Shown here one piece after another: positions 1 through 10,275 of a stretch of DNA of 36,385 nt; position 1 is the first letter of the stretch, and every line of letters starts with the position of its first letter. The stretch lies in assembly GCA_000989675.1 (NCBI GenBank), contig LBOT01000002.1, forward strand, positions 1 to 36,385. Direction: 5' to 3'. Under the pieces are notes generated by a model, which worked only from the letters and a program-made list of their open reading frames with translations, did no database searches and was not told the origin of the DNA. This DNA comes from a candidate division WS6 bacterium GW2011_GWE2_33_157. GTDB lineage: Bacteria; Patescibacteriota; Dojkabacteria; SC72. A program made the position numbers and the translations under genes.

Positions 1-2
1 TA

Positions 3-800
3 TATTACTCTGCCACACCTGATATATGGGAGATACAGGATAGTAACAATACTGTAATTGAACTTCTTACTAGACCTACAGGATTACTTGATCCAAGTAT
101 TGATGTTAGAAAGATAGAGAATCAAATTGATGATGTAATAAACGAAGTAAGAAAGAATACTGAGAAAGGTGAAAGGGTCTTAATTACTACTTTAACAAAG
201 AGAATGGCTGAAGATTTAACTACATATCTTCAAGATTTTGGGATTAAGGTTGCATATTTACACTCTGATATAGACACTGTAGAAAGGGTTGAGATACTCA
301 GAAACCTAAGACTGGGTGAATATGATGTTTTGGTAGGAATAAACCTTTTAAGAGAGGGTATAGACCTTCCTGAAGTATCACTTGTTGTAATACTAGATGC
401 AGATAAGGAAGGATTCTTAAGATCTAAGACTAGTTTAGTCCAAACTATTGGAAGAGCTGCAAGACATCTTAATGGTAGAGTCATTATGTATGCAGATAAG
501 ATTACAGAGAGTATGAAATACGCTATTGATGAAACAAACAGAAGAAGAGAATATCAAAACAATTACAACAAGAAACATGGTATTACACCTGCAAGTATAC
601 AAAAAGCAATAAGGGATTCATTAGTTGAACAAGAGAACCAAGAAAAGAAAGAATTAGATATTGAAGTAGAGAAACTATCCGAAAAACAGAAGAAACTCCT
701 TATTAAAGACTTAAGATCCAAAATGTTACTTGCTGCAGAGAATCTCCAATTTGAAAAAGCAGCAGATATAAGGGATAAAATAAAAGAGCTGAGTATTTAA
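3..800 (+). CDS. uvrB: Excinuclease ABC subunit B, C-terminal part (5' truncated by the window)
   Basis: The frame is open from position 3 (YYSATP...RPTGLLDP...[16 protein letters not shown]). Motifs [27 protein letters not shown] and QTIGRAARH, plus a C-terminal UVR coil ([15 protein letters not shown]). Confidence 0.97.
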   Translation, partial: YYSATPDIWEIQDSNNTVIELLTRPTGLLDPSIDVRKIENQIDDVINEVRKNTEKGERVLITTLTKRMAEDLTTYLQDFGIKVAYLHSDIDTVERVEILRNLRLGEYDVLVGINLLREGIDLPEVSLVVILDADKEGFLRSKTSLVQTIGRAARHLNGRVIMYADKITESMKYAIDETNRRREYQNNYNKKHGITPASIQKAIRDSLVEQENQEKKELDIEVEKLSEKQKKLLIKDLRSKMLLAAENLQFEKAADIRDKIKELSI

Positions 801-812
801 ACCCAGCTCTTT
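783..812 (-). terminator. Intrinsic terminator hairpin between convergent uvrB and RRM genes (possibly bidirectional)
   Basis: Inverted repeat AAAGAGCTG (783-791) / CAGCTCTTT (804-812). On the minus strand it extends to a 12-bp stem with one G-U pair and ends in a U-run. Confidence 0.7.
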
Positions 813-837
813 ACAATTTCATTAATAATGAAAAAGA

Positions 838-1146
838 TTACCTATAGAAGTTATCTCTCCTATTCTCTCCTCTATCAGTACTTCTGAAACCATCCTCTCT
901 AGGAGGTTTAGCAATAGAAACGTTGATAGCTCTGCCATCAAGTTCTTTGCCGTTTAGCTCTGCAATTGCTTGCTCTGCTAATTCATCTGTAGCCATAGTA
1001 ACAAAACCAAATCCCTTGGATCTGTTCTTGAACTTGTCTACAATAACCTTTGCCTCAGTTACTTCTCCAATTGTGGAGAATAACTCTGTCAAAGACTGAT
1101 CTGTGGTATCCCATGAAAGGTTCCCTACAAAAAGTTTGTTTTGCAT
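838..1146 (-). CDS. RRM (RNP-1) RNA-binding protein
   Basis: RNP2 KLFVGNL, RNP1 KGFGFVTM and a charged R/D/G-rich tail. Confidence 0.95.
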   Translation of the reverse strand: MQNKLFVGNLSWDTTDQSLTELFSTIGEVTEAKVIVDKFKNRSKGFGFVTMATDELAEQAIAELNGKELDGRAINVSIAKPPREDGFRSTDRGENRRDNFYR

Positions 1147-1276
1147 TTATATAAAATAAATAAAAAATAAATAAACTACGGATAAGCACACTTTGTAAAG
1201 TAACCTACACAGGGCATTAAGAACTTAATACCTTTCTTAACATAGATAACACATTATATCATAATTTTAATATATA

Positions 1277-2035
1277 ATGTCAATTATGCGAATAAGGTAC
1301 CTTTTAAACACAGATAAACGAGTTAGTAAATTTGATAGGCTAATAAGGGAGAAATTCCCTTCTCTGTTAACTGAAAACAGACCCGAGCTATACCTAGTAG
1401 CCGGAGGTGATGGTGCTATGCTTAGGGCAATTCATGACACTATAGATACTGGGATACCATATTTTGGAAAAGCTATGGGGACATTTAACTTCCTACTTAA
1501 TTCCTTTGATAATGATGAAGACATAATTCAATCATTAATTGAAGATACAATAAAGATTGATACATTCAAATCCCACGCTATTGAAGCAAGATTGGATAAC
1601 AAAAAACTTGGAGAAGCTGTTAATGATGTAATACTTGGTGAAAAGATAACTGGATACCATACTTTCAATATCTCAACTGAGAATGGTGATTTAAAAAATT
1701 TTGAAATGAAAGGCTCTGGTATATGCATAAGTACTGCAATAGGATCTACAGCTTTTAATTTCAATAACAACGGAAGAATATTACCACTAGATTCTAATTT
1801 TCTCTCTATAACAGGTATTGTATGTAATAGATTTCTTAATGATATAATTCCTTTTCAAGAAATACGAATAACCGCTAATGGAGCTAAAACATATCTTACT
1901 AATGTTGAATCTGAAATATTAAAAAATAACCAAGAGCTGATCTTAAGAAAAGGTTCACAAATAGAGATAGGGTTTTTAAATAAGAAAGAATTCTTAGAAA
2001 GAAGAATTGATATAGCACATAGATTTAGGAAATAA
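1277..2035 (+). CDS. nadK: NAD(+) kinase, divergent
   Basis: GGDG motif, G-T-F-N-FL, the short ND motif (AVND), and GICISTAIGSTAFN corresponding to the canonical STPTGSTAY. Confidence 0.85.
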   Translation: MSIMRIRYLLNTDKRVSKFDRLIREKFPSLLTENRPELYLVAGGDGAMLRAIHDTIDTGIPYFGKAMGTFNFLLNSFDNDEDIIQSLIEDTIKIDTFKSHAIEARLDNKKLGEAVNDVILGEKITGYHTFNISTENGDLKNFEMKGSGICISTAIGSTAFNFNNNGRILPLDSNFLSITGIVCNRFLNDIIPFQEIRITANGAKTYLTNVESEILKNNQELILRKGSQIEIGFLNKKEFLERRIDIAHRFRK

Positions 2036-2037
2036 AT

Positions 2038-3036
2038 CTAAAATATCTTTGTCAAAAGATATATTACATAGAAAGCAACTATCACTAATCCTGATACCCA
2101 ATTAAACGACTTACTTTTACCAAGTAGTTTCATTTCAATCAACAATCCAAAGATAACTAGAATATTTAATATATTGAATGTATAGATATCTGAGATAGCT
2201 TCTTTGTTAAACAGTAATGGAACAAAAATTGCAGTTAATCCTATACCAAGAGCAATGTTTGCAATTGTACTACCAAAAACATTACCCACTATGATATCTA
2301 CATATCCTTTTTTAGCAGATTTAATAGAAGTCACTATCATCGGTACAGAAGTTCCAATACCAATAATGGTTAATCCTAGTATGTATTCAGATATATTAAA
2401 ATCTTGTGATAACCTACCAGTCATACTAACCAAAGCTATTGCAAAGACAATTAATACAACAAATCCCATAAATAGGTACAAAAGTGATTTTTTAATGGAT
2501 AGATTATTTGTAATAGTTTCTGATATTGTACTAGTATCAACATCTACCTCCTTGTTATCCACTTCTCTAAGTTGTTCCCTTAAAGAGTACTGATAAATGA
2601 TAATTAAAGTAATAACATATGCTAACATGATAATTATCCCCTCTACTCTAGTTATTACTCCATCAAATGCAAAACTTGTAAGTAGTGCCGTAATAGCAAG
2701 ATATATGGGAATTTCTTTTTCAAATACCTGATACTTAGGAATAATGGTAAGCATAAATGCAGGTATACCTAAACCCAAACCAATATTAACAAAATTTGTA
2801 CCAAGAGCATTCCCTACTGCAACATCCATACCATTCTTTCCCATTATTACTAAAAAGATATTAACAGCAATAGTAGGTAAGCCAGTACCTAAGGCTATTA
2901 ATGTAGAAGCAATAACTAATTTACTGATATGAAACCTTTGAGCAAGTGCAACAGAGCCCTTCATTACCCATTCAGAACCTTTTATTAAAAAGAATAAACA
3001 GATAAATACAATTGTTAAATCTACTAAAATATTCAT
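2038..3036 (-). CDS. Calcium/sodium antiporter (CaCA, YrbG-like)
   Basis: Two alpha-repeats (ALGTGLPT...GNALGTNFVNI and GIGTSVPM...GNVFGSTIANI) and about 10 TM helices. Start moved to ATG 3036 because the longer ORF runs through tRNA-Gln. Confidence 0.88.
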   Translation of the reverse strand: MNILVDLTIVFICLFFLIKGSEWVMKGSVALAQRFHISKLVIASTLIALGTGLPTIAVNIFLVIMGKNGMDVAVGNALGTNFVNIGLGLGIPAFMLTIIPKYQVFEKEIPIYLAITALLTSFAFDGVITRVEGIIIMLAYVITLIIIYQYSLREQLREVDNKEVDVDTSTISETITNNLSIKKSLLYLFMGFVVLIVFAIALVSMTGRLSQDFNISEYILGLTIIGIGTSVPMIVTSIKSAKKGYVDIIVGNVFGSTIANIALGIGLTAIFVPLLFNKEAISDIYTFNILNILVIFGLLIEMKLLGKSKSFNWVSGLVIVAFYVIYLLTKIF

Positions 3037-3057
3037 ATTAATTGTTAACTTTGAGGA

Positions 3058-3131
3058 TGGTTGCGGGACATAGACTCGAACTATGATTCTCGGCTTCAAA
3101 GGCCGGTGTCCTACCGTTAGACGATCCCGCA
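3058..3131 (-). tRNA. tRNA-Gln(UUG), CCA encoded
   Basis: Cloverleaf with acceptor TGCGGGA/TCCCGCA, anticodon loop CT-TTG-AA, T-loop TTCGAGT and 3' ACCA. TATAAT box just upstream on the minus strand. Confidence 0.95.
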
Positions 3132-3200
3132 AAAGCAAATCATTATACTACACCATATATATTAATTGAAATATTAACCTATTCATATTATCTTGTATAG

Positions 3201-4292
3201 ATGAAAAGACCACGAAGTAGTAAAAAACATGCGAACCCTATTAGAATGCCTAAAAGTAATGGTAAGGCCTCAATCGTTAAAAGAAAAAAGAAATTTCAAT
3301 TTAATAACATATTTAAGAAAAAGAAAAACACTCAGATAAGGAGGAAGAAAACAAGTGCTAAATATATTGTTATACCAATTGCATTAATACTATTATCTGC
3401 ACTCGTGTACTTCTCTGTAAAATATATTCTCTTTTTAAGAGAAAATGCATACGGTAATAAAACGTATGAAATAAATGATCTTGTAGGATTAGAAGGAATA
3501 CCTCAATATCCAGGTTCTGAATATATGTTTATAAATGAGAGTGAAGATTTAATTGTAAAAGAATTTATTTCAAATGGGAATTCTGCATACAAAATACCAG
3601 ATGGGATATCTATTGCAGATATTGAGAAATACTATGACAAAGAACTAAAGAAAAGAGGATGGGAATATATTCAAACTGTCCCATTAGGAGCAGAAGATAA
3701 GAAATATGGACAGTACTGGTTAAAAGATGGTAAAGGGCTAAGAATATACTCTAAATTCAGGGATATATGGTACGAAACTATCTCAGAGGAAGATGCCCGT
3801 ACTGCCTTGTCGCGTATTGTTACTGAAGAGATAGAAAGAGAAATGTTAATAGCTAGTAGTGATAACCAAGATTTGTTACCTGATTACCCATGGAGAATTA
3901 AAATTCCTAAAGAGTATTTAATAAAATATTTTCCTACAGATATTAAAGATCAGAGAGCTGTATCATTCCAAAAACTTGGAACTTCTGAAATAGTTGAGAT
4001 ATATCCTATTGGTACATGGAAAACAAAAGAATTAGATTACATGCTTGAAGATTACTGTAAATTAAAAAGTACAGATGAAGTTACATACAGTGTTTTTAAT
4101 AGTGTACCAATAAGTTTTAGAGATTCTTTAGGATTAAGGGCAACATTGAAAAAGAATTCTGATACTGTTATAGCATTGGTAATACCAAACAGTTTTAATA
4201 ATCTAGTATATATACTTTCTACAACACAACTAGATGATCCATTCTTTGAGTATATAATTGAGAATATAAAACCTCTTGGAGCTAAAGATTAG
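3201..4292 (+). CDS. Hypothetical membrane-anchored protein
   Basis: 363-aa ORF with a very Lys/Arg-rich N-terminus, one TM (YIVIPIALILLSALVYFSV) and a large C-terminal region containing a PQYPGS...YYDKELKKRGWE segment. Confidence 0.75.
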   Translation: MKRPRSSKKHANPIRMPKSNGKASIVKRKKKFQFNNIFKKKKNTQIRRKKTSAKYIVIPIALILLSALVYFSVKYILFLRENAYGNKTYEINDLVGLEGIPQYPGSEYMFINESEDLIVKEFISNGNSAYKIPDGISIADIEKYYDKELKKRGWEYIQTVPLGAEDKKYGQYWLKDGKGLRIYSKFRDIWYETISEEDARTALSRIVTEEIEREMLIASSDNQDLLPDYPWRIKIPKEYLIKYFPTDIKDQRAVSFQKLGTSEIVEIYPIGTWKTKELDYMLEDYCKLKSTDEVTYSVFNSVPISFRDSLGLRATLKKNSDTVIALVIPNSFNNLVYILSTTQLDDPFFEYIIENIKPLGAKD

Positions 4293-5763
4293 TTAGTTTT
4301 TCAATTATTTTTTTAACAACCACCCTATTCTTTATTACTTCATAAATTTCATCTTCTTTAGCTTTTTTAATACCATCTACACTCTTAAATTTTGTTAATA
4401 GCTCTTTTCTTCTTTTTGTACCAATACCATCAATTTCATCTAATATAGACATCTTAGATTGTTTTATACTTTGTTTTCTGTAATGAGTTATTGCAAATCT
4501 ATGTGCTTCGTTTCTTAAATCAATTAATATCTCAGGATTAAGAATTTCTGTTTGAAGTATTTCTCCATCTTTTACAAACCAAAACTCATCTTTAAGTAAC
4601 AGGCCTGCTCTTTTAAAATGTTTACCCTTAGAAATACCCATTAAATATATACTATTTGGAATGTATTCCTTAACTACTGAAAGTTGTCCTTTACCACCAT
4701 CTATTAGAAGAAGGTCGGGAATACTTGAAAGGCTTTCGTCATATGTTTTTTGTAAATTATTAAATCTCCTCTGTAATACCTCCGTTAACATAGCTGGATC
4801 GTTTGGATTATCACCACCCCTTATCTTAAATATTCTGTAATGGGATCTTTCTAATTTACCATCAACAGCTACTACCATTGAACCATATGCATGTTTACCT
4901 TGTATATTTGAAATGTCATAGCACTCTATTCTTTTTAAATTCTCCATTCCCAACTCTGTAGCTAAGTACTCAAAACTTTTCTTTCTTGCACTCTCTCTTT
5001 TGGTTTCGTATGACAAAGCTTCGTCATAGTAGGTAAAATCTATACTCTCTCCAATATATCTTAAATCCTTAATCCTATCTCTTAGTTGAGAAGCTTTTTC
5101 ATATTCTTGATGTCTCGAATATATATTCATCTCTTTCTCTAATCTTTTAATATGATTCTCTTTTTTACCTTGAAGAAATTTAATAATGCTATTTATGTTT
5201 TTTCTATAATCTTCCTCTGATATTGCTCCAATATACGGTCCAGGACAAAGACCTATATGAAAGTATAGGGAGGAGGCACAATCTTTGTTTTTACATGTAC
5301 AAAACGGATAAAGTTTACGAAGGTATGTATATACTCTTTTTATTGTAAAACCACTTGGATATGGACCAAACAACTTTCCATTTTTATACTCTCCTTTCTC
5401 TGTACTTCTAACGATTTTAACTGTTGGAAATTTTTCTTTTGTTGATATATATATCCATGCATACGATTTATCATCTTTTAATGCTGAGTTAAATTGTGGT
5501 TGAAGCCTTCTAATTAGTGCAGATTCTAAAATCAATGCTTCAATCTCATTGTTTGCCTCCGTGATTGATATATCCTTAACCAATGGCATCATCTGCCTTA
5601 TACGAGGTCTATCATTTAGTTCTTTACTGAAATATGAGGTTACTCTTTTCCTAAGATTAATAGCCTTACCTATATACAGGATCTCACCTTTACTATCTAA
5701 GAACTTATATACTCCTGGTAACTCAGGAAGTACTTCTATTTTTCTTTCTAAACTACTATTCAT
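4282..5763 (-). CDS. uvrC: Excinuclease ABC subunit C
   Basis: GIY-YIG domain (PGVYKF...LYIGKAINLRKRV), Cys-rich region, UVR coil, RNase H-like domain (RIECYDISN, LLLIDGGKGQL, RNEAHRFAI) and HhH (IDGIGTKRR). Confidence 0.96.
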   Translation of the reverse strand: MNSSLERKIEVLPELPGVYKFLDSKGEILYIGKAINLRKRVTSYFSKELNDRPRIRQMMPLVKDISITEANNEIEALILESALIRRLQPQFNSALKDDKSYAWIYISTKEKFPTVKIVRSTEKGEYKNGKLFGPYPSGFTIKRVYTYLRKLYPFCTCKNKDCASSLYFHIGLCPGPYIGAISEEDYRKNINSIIKFLQGKKENHIKRLEKEMNIYSRHQEYEKASQLRDRIKDLRYIGESIDFTYYDEALSYETKRESARKKSFEYLATELGMENLKRIECYDISNIQGKHAYGSMVVAVDGKLERSHYRIFKIRGGDNPNDPAMLTEVLQRRFNNLQKTYDESLSSIPDLLLIDGGKGQLSVVKEYIPNSIYLMGISKGKHFKRAGLLLKDEFWFVKDGEILQTEILNPEILIDLRNEAHRFAITHYRKQSIKQSKMSILDEIDGIGTKRRKELLTKFKSVDGIKKAKEDEIYEVIKNRVVVKKIIEKLTNL

Positions 5764-5776
5764 CCCCTATTATACC

Positions 5777-8700
5777 TTAGAATTTCCTTAACCACTTCTT
5801 AGTTTCACTATTCATCTCAATCTTTTTCTCAAGTACAACACTTTTATTTTCTTTAGAGGAACTCACTATTATCCTCACAGGAACATCTCCATTTGAAGTT
5901 GAAATATATTCCTTAAGAAGCTTAATCTCTTTTGGGGAGTGTTTCTCCCTTATTCTAAAAGTTACACCTTCAAAGCTATCTCCATGCTCTGCTTCATCTA
6001 TGTACTTAGCTCTTTCCATTACAATACTCTTGTCGTTGTTCTTTACTGATATTTTTGCAGCAATGAGTATGGGTTTTCCTACAACAAGAGAATCTTTAAT
6101 ATCTTGATATGTCCTTGGGAAAACAATAACGTCTGCTAATCCGGATTTATCTTCTACTGTTAAGAATGCCATCATCTCTCCTTTCTTAGTTGTTATCTTT
6201 CTAATTTTGTTAACCATGACGCCAAGTACAATTAAAGAATTATTTCTTTTCTCTAATGCATCTTTAACAGAAACTACCTTTTTAGATTCAAAAAAGTCTT
6301 GTAAATGATCCAATGGATGACTAGAGAAATATAGACCAAGAAGATCTTTTTCCCATTGTAATATTTGATATCTAGGTGCTTTTTCAATATTCGGGAGTTG
6401 GGTTACCTGTGTTTCAGTTGAAATATTTCCATTTTCTGTTGAAAGAGAAAATATATCAATTTGACCAAGGCTTTGAGATGAATTGCTCTTTTTTGCTCTT
6501 TCAAATATTAATGGAGAGATTGAAAGTAATGCGTTTCTTTCACCAAATTCATCCATGGTACCTGCCATTATCAAATACTCAATTGCTCTTTTTTGTACTC
6601 CCTTTTTAATTGTTCTAACAACAAAGTCATCTAAATTTTTGTATATACCATTTTCTTTCCTTTCTTTTACAATAGCTTGAACAACATCACTCCCAATATT
6701 TTTAATACCTCCTAAACCAAATCTGATACTGTCTTCATCTTCAATTGTAAAGAAGACTTTGCTTTGATTAATAGTTGGAGGTAGTACATCTATACCTAAT
6801 CTCTCACATTCATTTAAATCAATTATTACTCTATCAAAATTATCTAAATCACCCTCAAGTAAAGCTGCCATGAATTCTAATGGGTAATGAGCTTTAAGAT
6901 ATGCTGTCCAATATGCTATGGTTGCATATGATGCACTATGTGCTTTATTAAATCCGTAGTTAGCAAATTGAACTAACTTGTCCCACAATCTTTCTGATTG
7001 AGCAACATCAAATCCGTTCTCTTTAGATCCAGCTAAAAACTTAGGTTTCTCCTTATCCATAATCTCCATCTTTTTCTTACCCATTGCTCTTCTTAGCAAA
7101 TCTGCAGCACCTAGAGTATAGCCTGCAATAACTTGAGCGATTTTCATTACCTGCTCTTGGTACGTTATTACACCATTTGTAACTTCTAGTACTGGTTGAA
7201 GCTCTGGGAACACATAGTCCGGTTCTTGTTTTCCTTTCTTTACCGCGGCATATTCTGATATATATTGCATTGGTCCAGGCCTATATGCAGCAAGAATATA
7301 GCAAATATCTTCCTGTGTTTCTGGTTGAAGTGCTTTAATAGTTCTCTTCATCCCTTCACTTTCCATTTGAAATACACCTACAGTATGTCCACTTTTTATT
7401 ACTTCATACGTTTCCTTATCATTAGCATCTAATGAAAGTAAATCTAAATCTACATCTCTATTAACCTTTATCTTTGTTACTGCCTCACCAATTACATTAA
7501 GATTTCGCAGTCCAAGAAAATCAAACTTCATTAATCCAACATACTCTATATCTGACATCTCAAATTGTGTCATACCCATACCACCCCCATGTGAATCTCT
7601 TTGTATTGCACAGTAATTTACTACTGGCTCTGGTGTAACAATAATGCCACATGCATGAGTTGATGTTCCCCTACATATACCAGAAACTTTTCTAACAATA
7701 CTTGCAAGCTCTTTTGTAATATCAGAAGAGTTGATAATTTCTGCAAACTCAGGATTATGTTCAATCATATAGTCGATATCTTTAGATTTACCAAAAACAA
7801 TCTCAACCATTTTTGCTAATCTATCCGTAGTTGCCAACTCAATACCCAAAACTCTTCCAACATCTTTAATAGCTTGCCTAGTCTGAAGTTTACTAAATGT
7901 CCCTATCTGCTTCACATTATCAATTCCATATTTCTCTACCGTATATTCTAAAAGTTCATTTCTTCTTTTATCTGCAATATCAATATCAAAATCGGGAGGG
8001 GAATCTCTTTCAGGGTTTAAGAATCTCTCAAAATACAATTCCCAATTTATAGGTTCAATATTAGTAATCTCAGTACAGTATGCAACAACAGAACCACATC
8101 CAGAGCCTCTCATACCAACAACAATTCCATTCTTTATACAAAATGTAACAAAGTCTCTAACAACTAAAAAGTAATCATTGTATCCCTTACTGTTAATTAT
8201 CTCTAATTCATAGTTTAATCTTTCTCTCAATTCTTTGTTTACTTTTCCATATTTAACCTTTGCACCCTCAAATGCTAATTTTCTTAAATATGATTCAGAG
8301 GTCTCTCCTTCTGGTAAATCAAGAAATTTAGGTTCTACCCTTCCAAATGTAATATCAAAATCCTCAGTCATTTCCACTATCTTTTGTGTATTCTCAATAG
8401 CCTCTGGTATATCCTTGAACAGTTTCTCCATCTCTTCTGGTGTTTTAACATAGAATTCATTTGTAGGCATCTTCCTTCTCAAAGGATCTTCCCAAGTCTT
8501 ACCATCACTAATACACCAAAGAATTTCCTGAATATTTGCATCCTCCCTATTTAAATAGTGAGAATCACATGTAGCTACAATTGGTAATTTAAGTTCCTTT
8601 GAAATTTTTAACAACCCTTCATTAACGGTATCCTGTTCTTCCATACCATTTCTTTGGATTTCAATATAGAAGTTATCCTTAAAAAGTTTAGAATACTCCT

Positions 8701-9172
8701 TTGCTCGTTCCAATGCTAAATCATAGTGACCTTCAAGTATTGGTTTAGAGATGGGACCTGCTAGACATGCAGAGAGAGCAATTAAACCAGATGAATACTT
8801 AGACAAAGTTTCAAAATCTATTCTAGGTTTGTAATAAAAGCCCTCCATATGAGCTATTGAAACAATCTTTACTAAATTTTTGTAACCCTCTAAATTCTTT
8901 GCAAGTAATACTAAATGGAAATATTTATTATCAATCCCAAAATCTTTTTGATCCATACCTCTTGGAGCAATATATATCTCACATCCAAGTATAGGTTTAA
9001 GACCAGCTTCTTTCATTGCACTTTTAAACTTCAAAACACCATACATGTTCCCGTGGTCTGTAATTGCACATGCATTCATTCCACTCTCTGAAAGCTTTTT
9101 AACAAGATCAGGTAATCTAATTGTAGCATCCAACAGAGAATACTCTGTATGGAGATGCAAATGAGTAAACAT
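5777..9172 (-). CDS. dnaE: DNA polymerase III alpha subunit
   Basis: PHP domain (HLHLHTEYSLLD, AITDH), FERFLNPER, PDFDID catalytic Asp residues, YGFNKAHS and a C-terminal OB fold. Confidence 0.98.
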   Translation of the reverse strand: MFTHLHLHTEYSLLDATIRLPDLVKKLSESGMNACAITDHGNMYGVLKFKSAMKEAGLKPILGCEIYIAPRGMDQKDFGIDNKYFHLVLLAKNLEGYKNLVKIVSIAHMEGFYYKPRIDFETLSKYSSGLIALSACLAGPISKPILEGHYDLALERAKEYSKLFKDNFYIEIQRNGMEEQDTVNEGLLKISKELKLPIVATCDSHYLNREDANIQEILWCISDGKTWEDPLRRKMPTNEFYVKTPEEMEKLFKDIPEAIENTQKIVEMTEDFDITFGRVEPKFLDLPEGETSESYLRKLAFEGAKVKYGKVNKELRERLNYELEIINSKGYNDYFLVVRDFVTFCIKNGIVVGMRGSGCGSVVAYCTEITNIEPINWELYFERFLNPERDSPPDFDIDIADKRRNELLEYTVEKYGIDNVKQIGTFSKLQTRQAIKDVGRVLGIELATTDRLAKMVEIVFGKSKDIDYMIEHNPEFAEIINSSDITKELASIVRKVSGICRGTSTHACGIIVTPEPVVNYCAIQRDSHGGGMGMTQFEMSDIEYVGLMKFDFLGLRNLNVIGEAVTKIKVNRDVDLDLLSLDANDKETYEVIKSGHTVGVFQMESEGMKRTIKALQPETQEDICYILAAYRPGPMQYISEYAAVKKGKQEPDYVFPELQPVLEVTNGVITYQEQVMKIAQVIAGYTLGAADLLRRAMGKKKMEIMDKEKPKFLAGSKENGFDVAQSERLWDKLVQFANYGFNKAHSASYATIAYWTAYLKAHYPLEFMAALLEGDLDNFDRVIIDLNECERLGIDVLPPTINQSKVFFTIEDEDSIRFGLGGIKNIGSDVVQAIVKERKENGIYKNLDDFVVRTIKKGVQKRAIEYLIMAGTMDEFGERNALLSISPLIFERAKKSNSSQSLGQIDIFSLSTENGNISTETQVTQLPNIEKAPRYQILQWEKDLLGLYFSSHPLDHLQDFFESKKVVSVKDALEKRNNSLIVLGVMVNKIRKITTKKGEMMAFLTVEDKSGLADVIVFPRTYQDIKDSLVVGKPILIAAKISVKNNDKSIVMERAKYIDEAEHGDSFEGVTFRIREKHSPKEIKLLKEYISTSNGDVPVRIIVSSSKENKSVVLEKKIEMNSETKKWLRKF

Positions 9173-9212
9173 AAATTCAATAGCTCATCTAGTTCTGATA
9201 TACTAGATTAGT

Positions 9213-9941
9213 ATGGATCAATCATATATTTCAAGTATATACAAAAAAACCTTTTCTAGAGATACTTTTTGGAAGTCTAACATAGTAAGACTCTTCTCTC
9301 TCCTCCTACTCTTTTTGATATATTTCTTCCTACTATCTCCCTATGTAGAAAGAGGAATATCAAAATATATGTTAAATGAATTAAGAAACAGTAGAACACT
9401 TACACTTAACTATCTCACTCCACTGAATACACCTGCAGTATATGCGAATGTTTACAATCTTAATACCCTTTCTGCCTCCAAAAACAAAGAGGTTCAAGCT
9501 GGAAATACAGAAATAAAGAGCGAAGATCCAAGAGTAATTGCTATGCAAAAATTCTTACTAGACTACAACTCTCCCCTTTACCAATCCTCCAAAGTAATAG
9601 TTGAAGAAGCAGATAAATTTGGCTTAGATTGGAGATTAGTTGTATCTATTTCTGGAGTAGAATCTTCCTTCTGCAAAACTATTCCAAGAGGAACATACAA
9701 CGGATGGGGATGGAGAGGTATAAATAAAACGGCAGATGGATGGAGTCAATTTAACAGTTGGGATCATGGAATATCAGTTGTAACAAGTGGACTAGCAATC
9801 GGATACGGTGTCCGCTTAACTCCATTTCAGATTGAACCTTATTATTGTCCTCCATGTGCTGCAAATCCAGCTCATGCTTGGGCAAATGGTGTAACAAGAT
9901 ATATGAGAGAATTAAAATACTATCTTGACAATTTAAATTAA
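9213..9941 (+). CDS. Membrane-anchored lysozyme-like / glucosaminidase-like protein
   Basis: N-terminal TM, then GLDWRLVVSISGVESSF (candidate catalytic Glu in ESS) and YNGWGW, typical of lysozyme-superfamily peptidoglycan hydrolases. Confidence 0.6.
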   Translation: MDQSYISSIYKKTFSRDTFWKSNIVRLFSLLLLFLIYFFLLSPYVERGISKYMLNELRNSRTLTLNYLTPLNTPAVYANVYNLNTLSASKNKEVQAGNTEIKSEDPRVIAMQKFLLDYNSPLYQSSKVIVEEADKFGLDWRLVVSISGVESSFCKTIPRGTYNGWGWRGINKTADGWSQFNSWDHGISVVTSGLAIGYGVRLTPFQIEPYYCPPCAANPAHAWANGVTRYMRELKYYLDNLN

Positions 9942-9961
9942 AATATACTATCTTTGGATAT

Positions 9962-10249
9962 ATGGGCTTTATATTTAAAATACTGTATGTATTAGTAACA
10001 TTTGTAGAGACATTAGTTATCTTTAGAATTGTTTTAAAGATAATAAATGCTGATGTTAATAACTCAATTGTAAGTTGGGTATACAACCTTTCGGATCAAC
10101 TTATAAAACCATTTGAAGGTATCCTATCTGAAAGTATTTCAATAGACAGATTTACGATTGAACTTACCCCTATAGTTGCATTACTGTTTTATGCCATAAT
10201 TGGTTTTGTACTTTCAGAACTCTCAAAAGCGTTTAAACAAGCAGATTAA
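9962..10249 (+). CDS. YggT family membrane protein
   Basis: Small 2-TM protein with the N..V.W.Y.LSD.LIKPF..I and IELTPIVA pattern. Confidence 0.85.
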   Translation: MGFIFKILYVLVTFVETLVIFRIVLKIINADVNNSIVSWVYNLSDQLIKPFEGILSESISIDRFTIELTPIVALLFYAIIGFVLSELSKAFKQAD

Positions 10250-10275
10250 TTGCATATGTGATATAATAACAACAT

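Noticed and set aside
3037-3138. N-terminal extension of the antiporter ORF
   Set aside because: It is the tRNA-Gln sequence read in frame. The hydrophobic protein begins at ATG 3036.
5777-9172. Intein or split in dnaE
   Set aside because: The length (1131 aa) and motif spacing are normal, and no intein motifs were seen.
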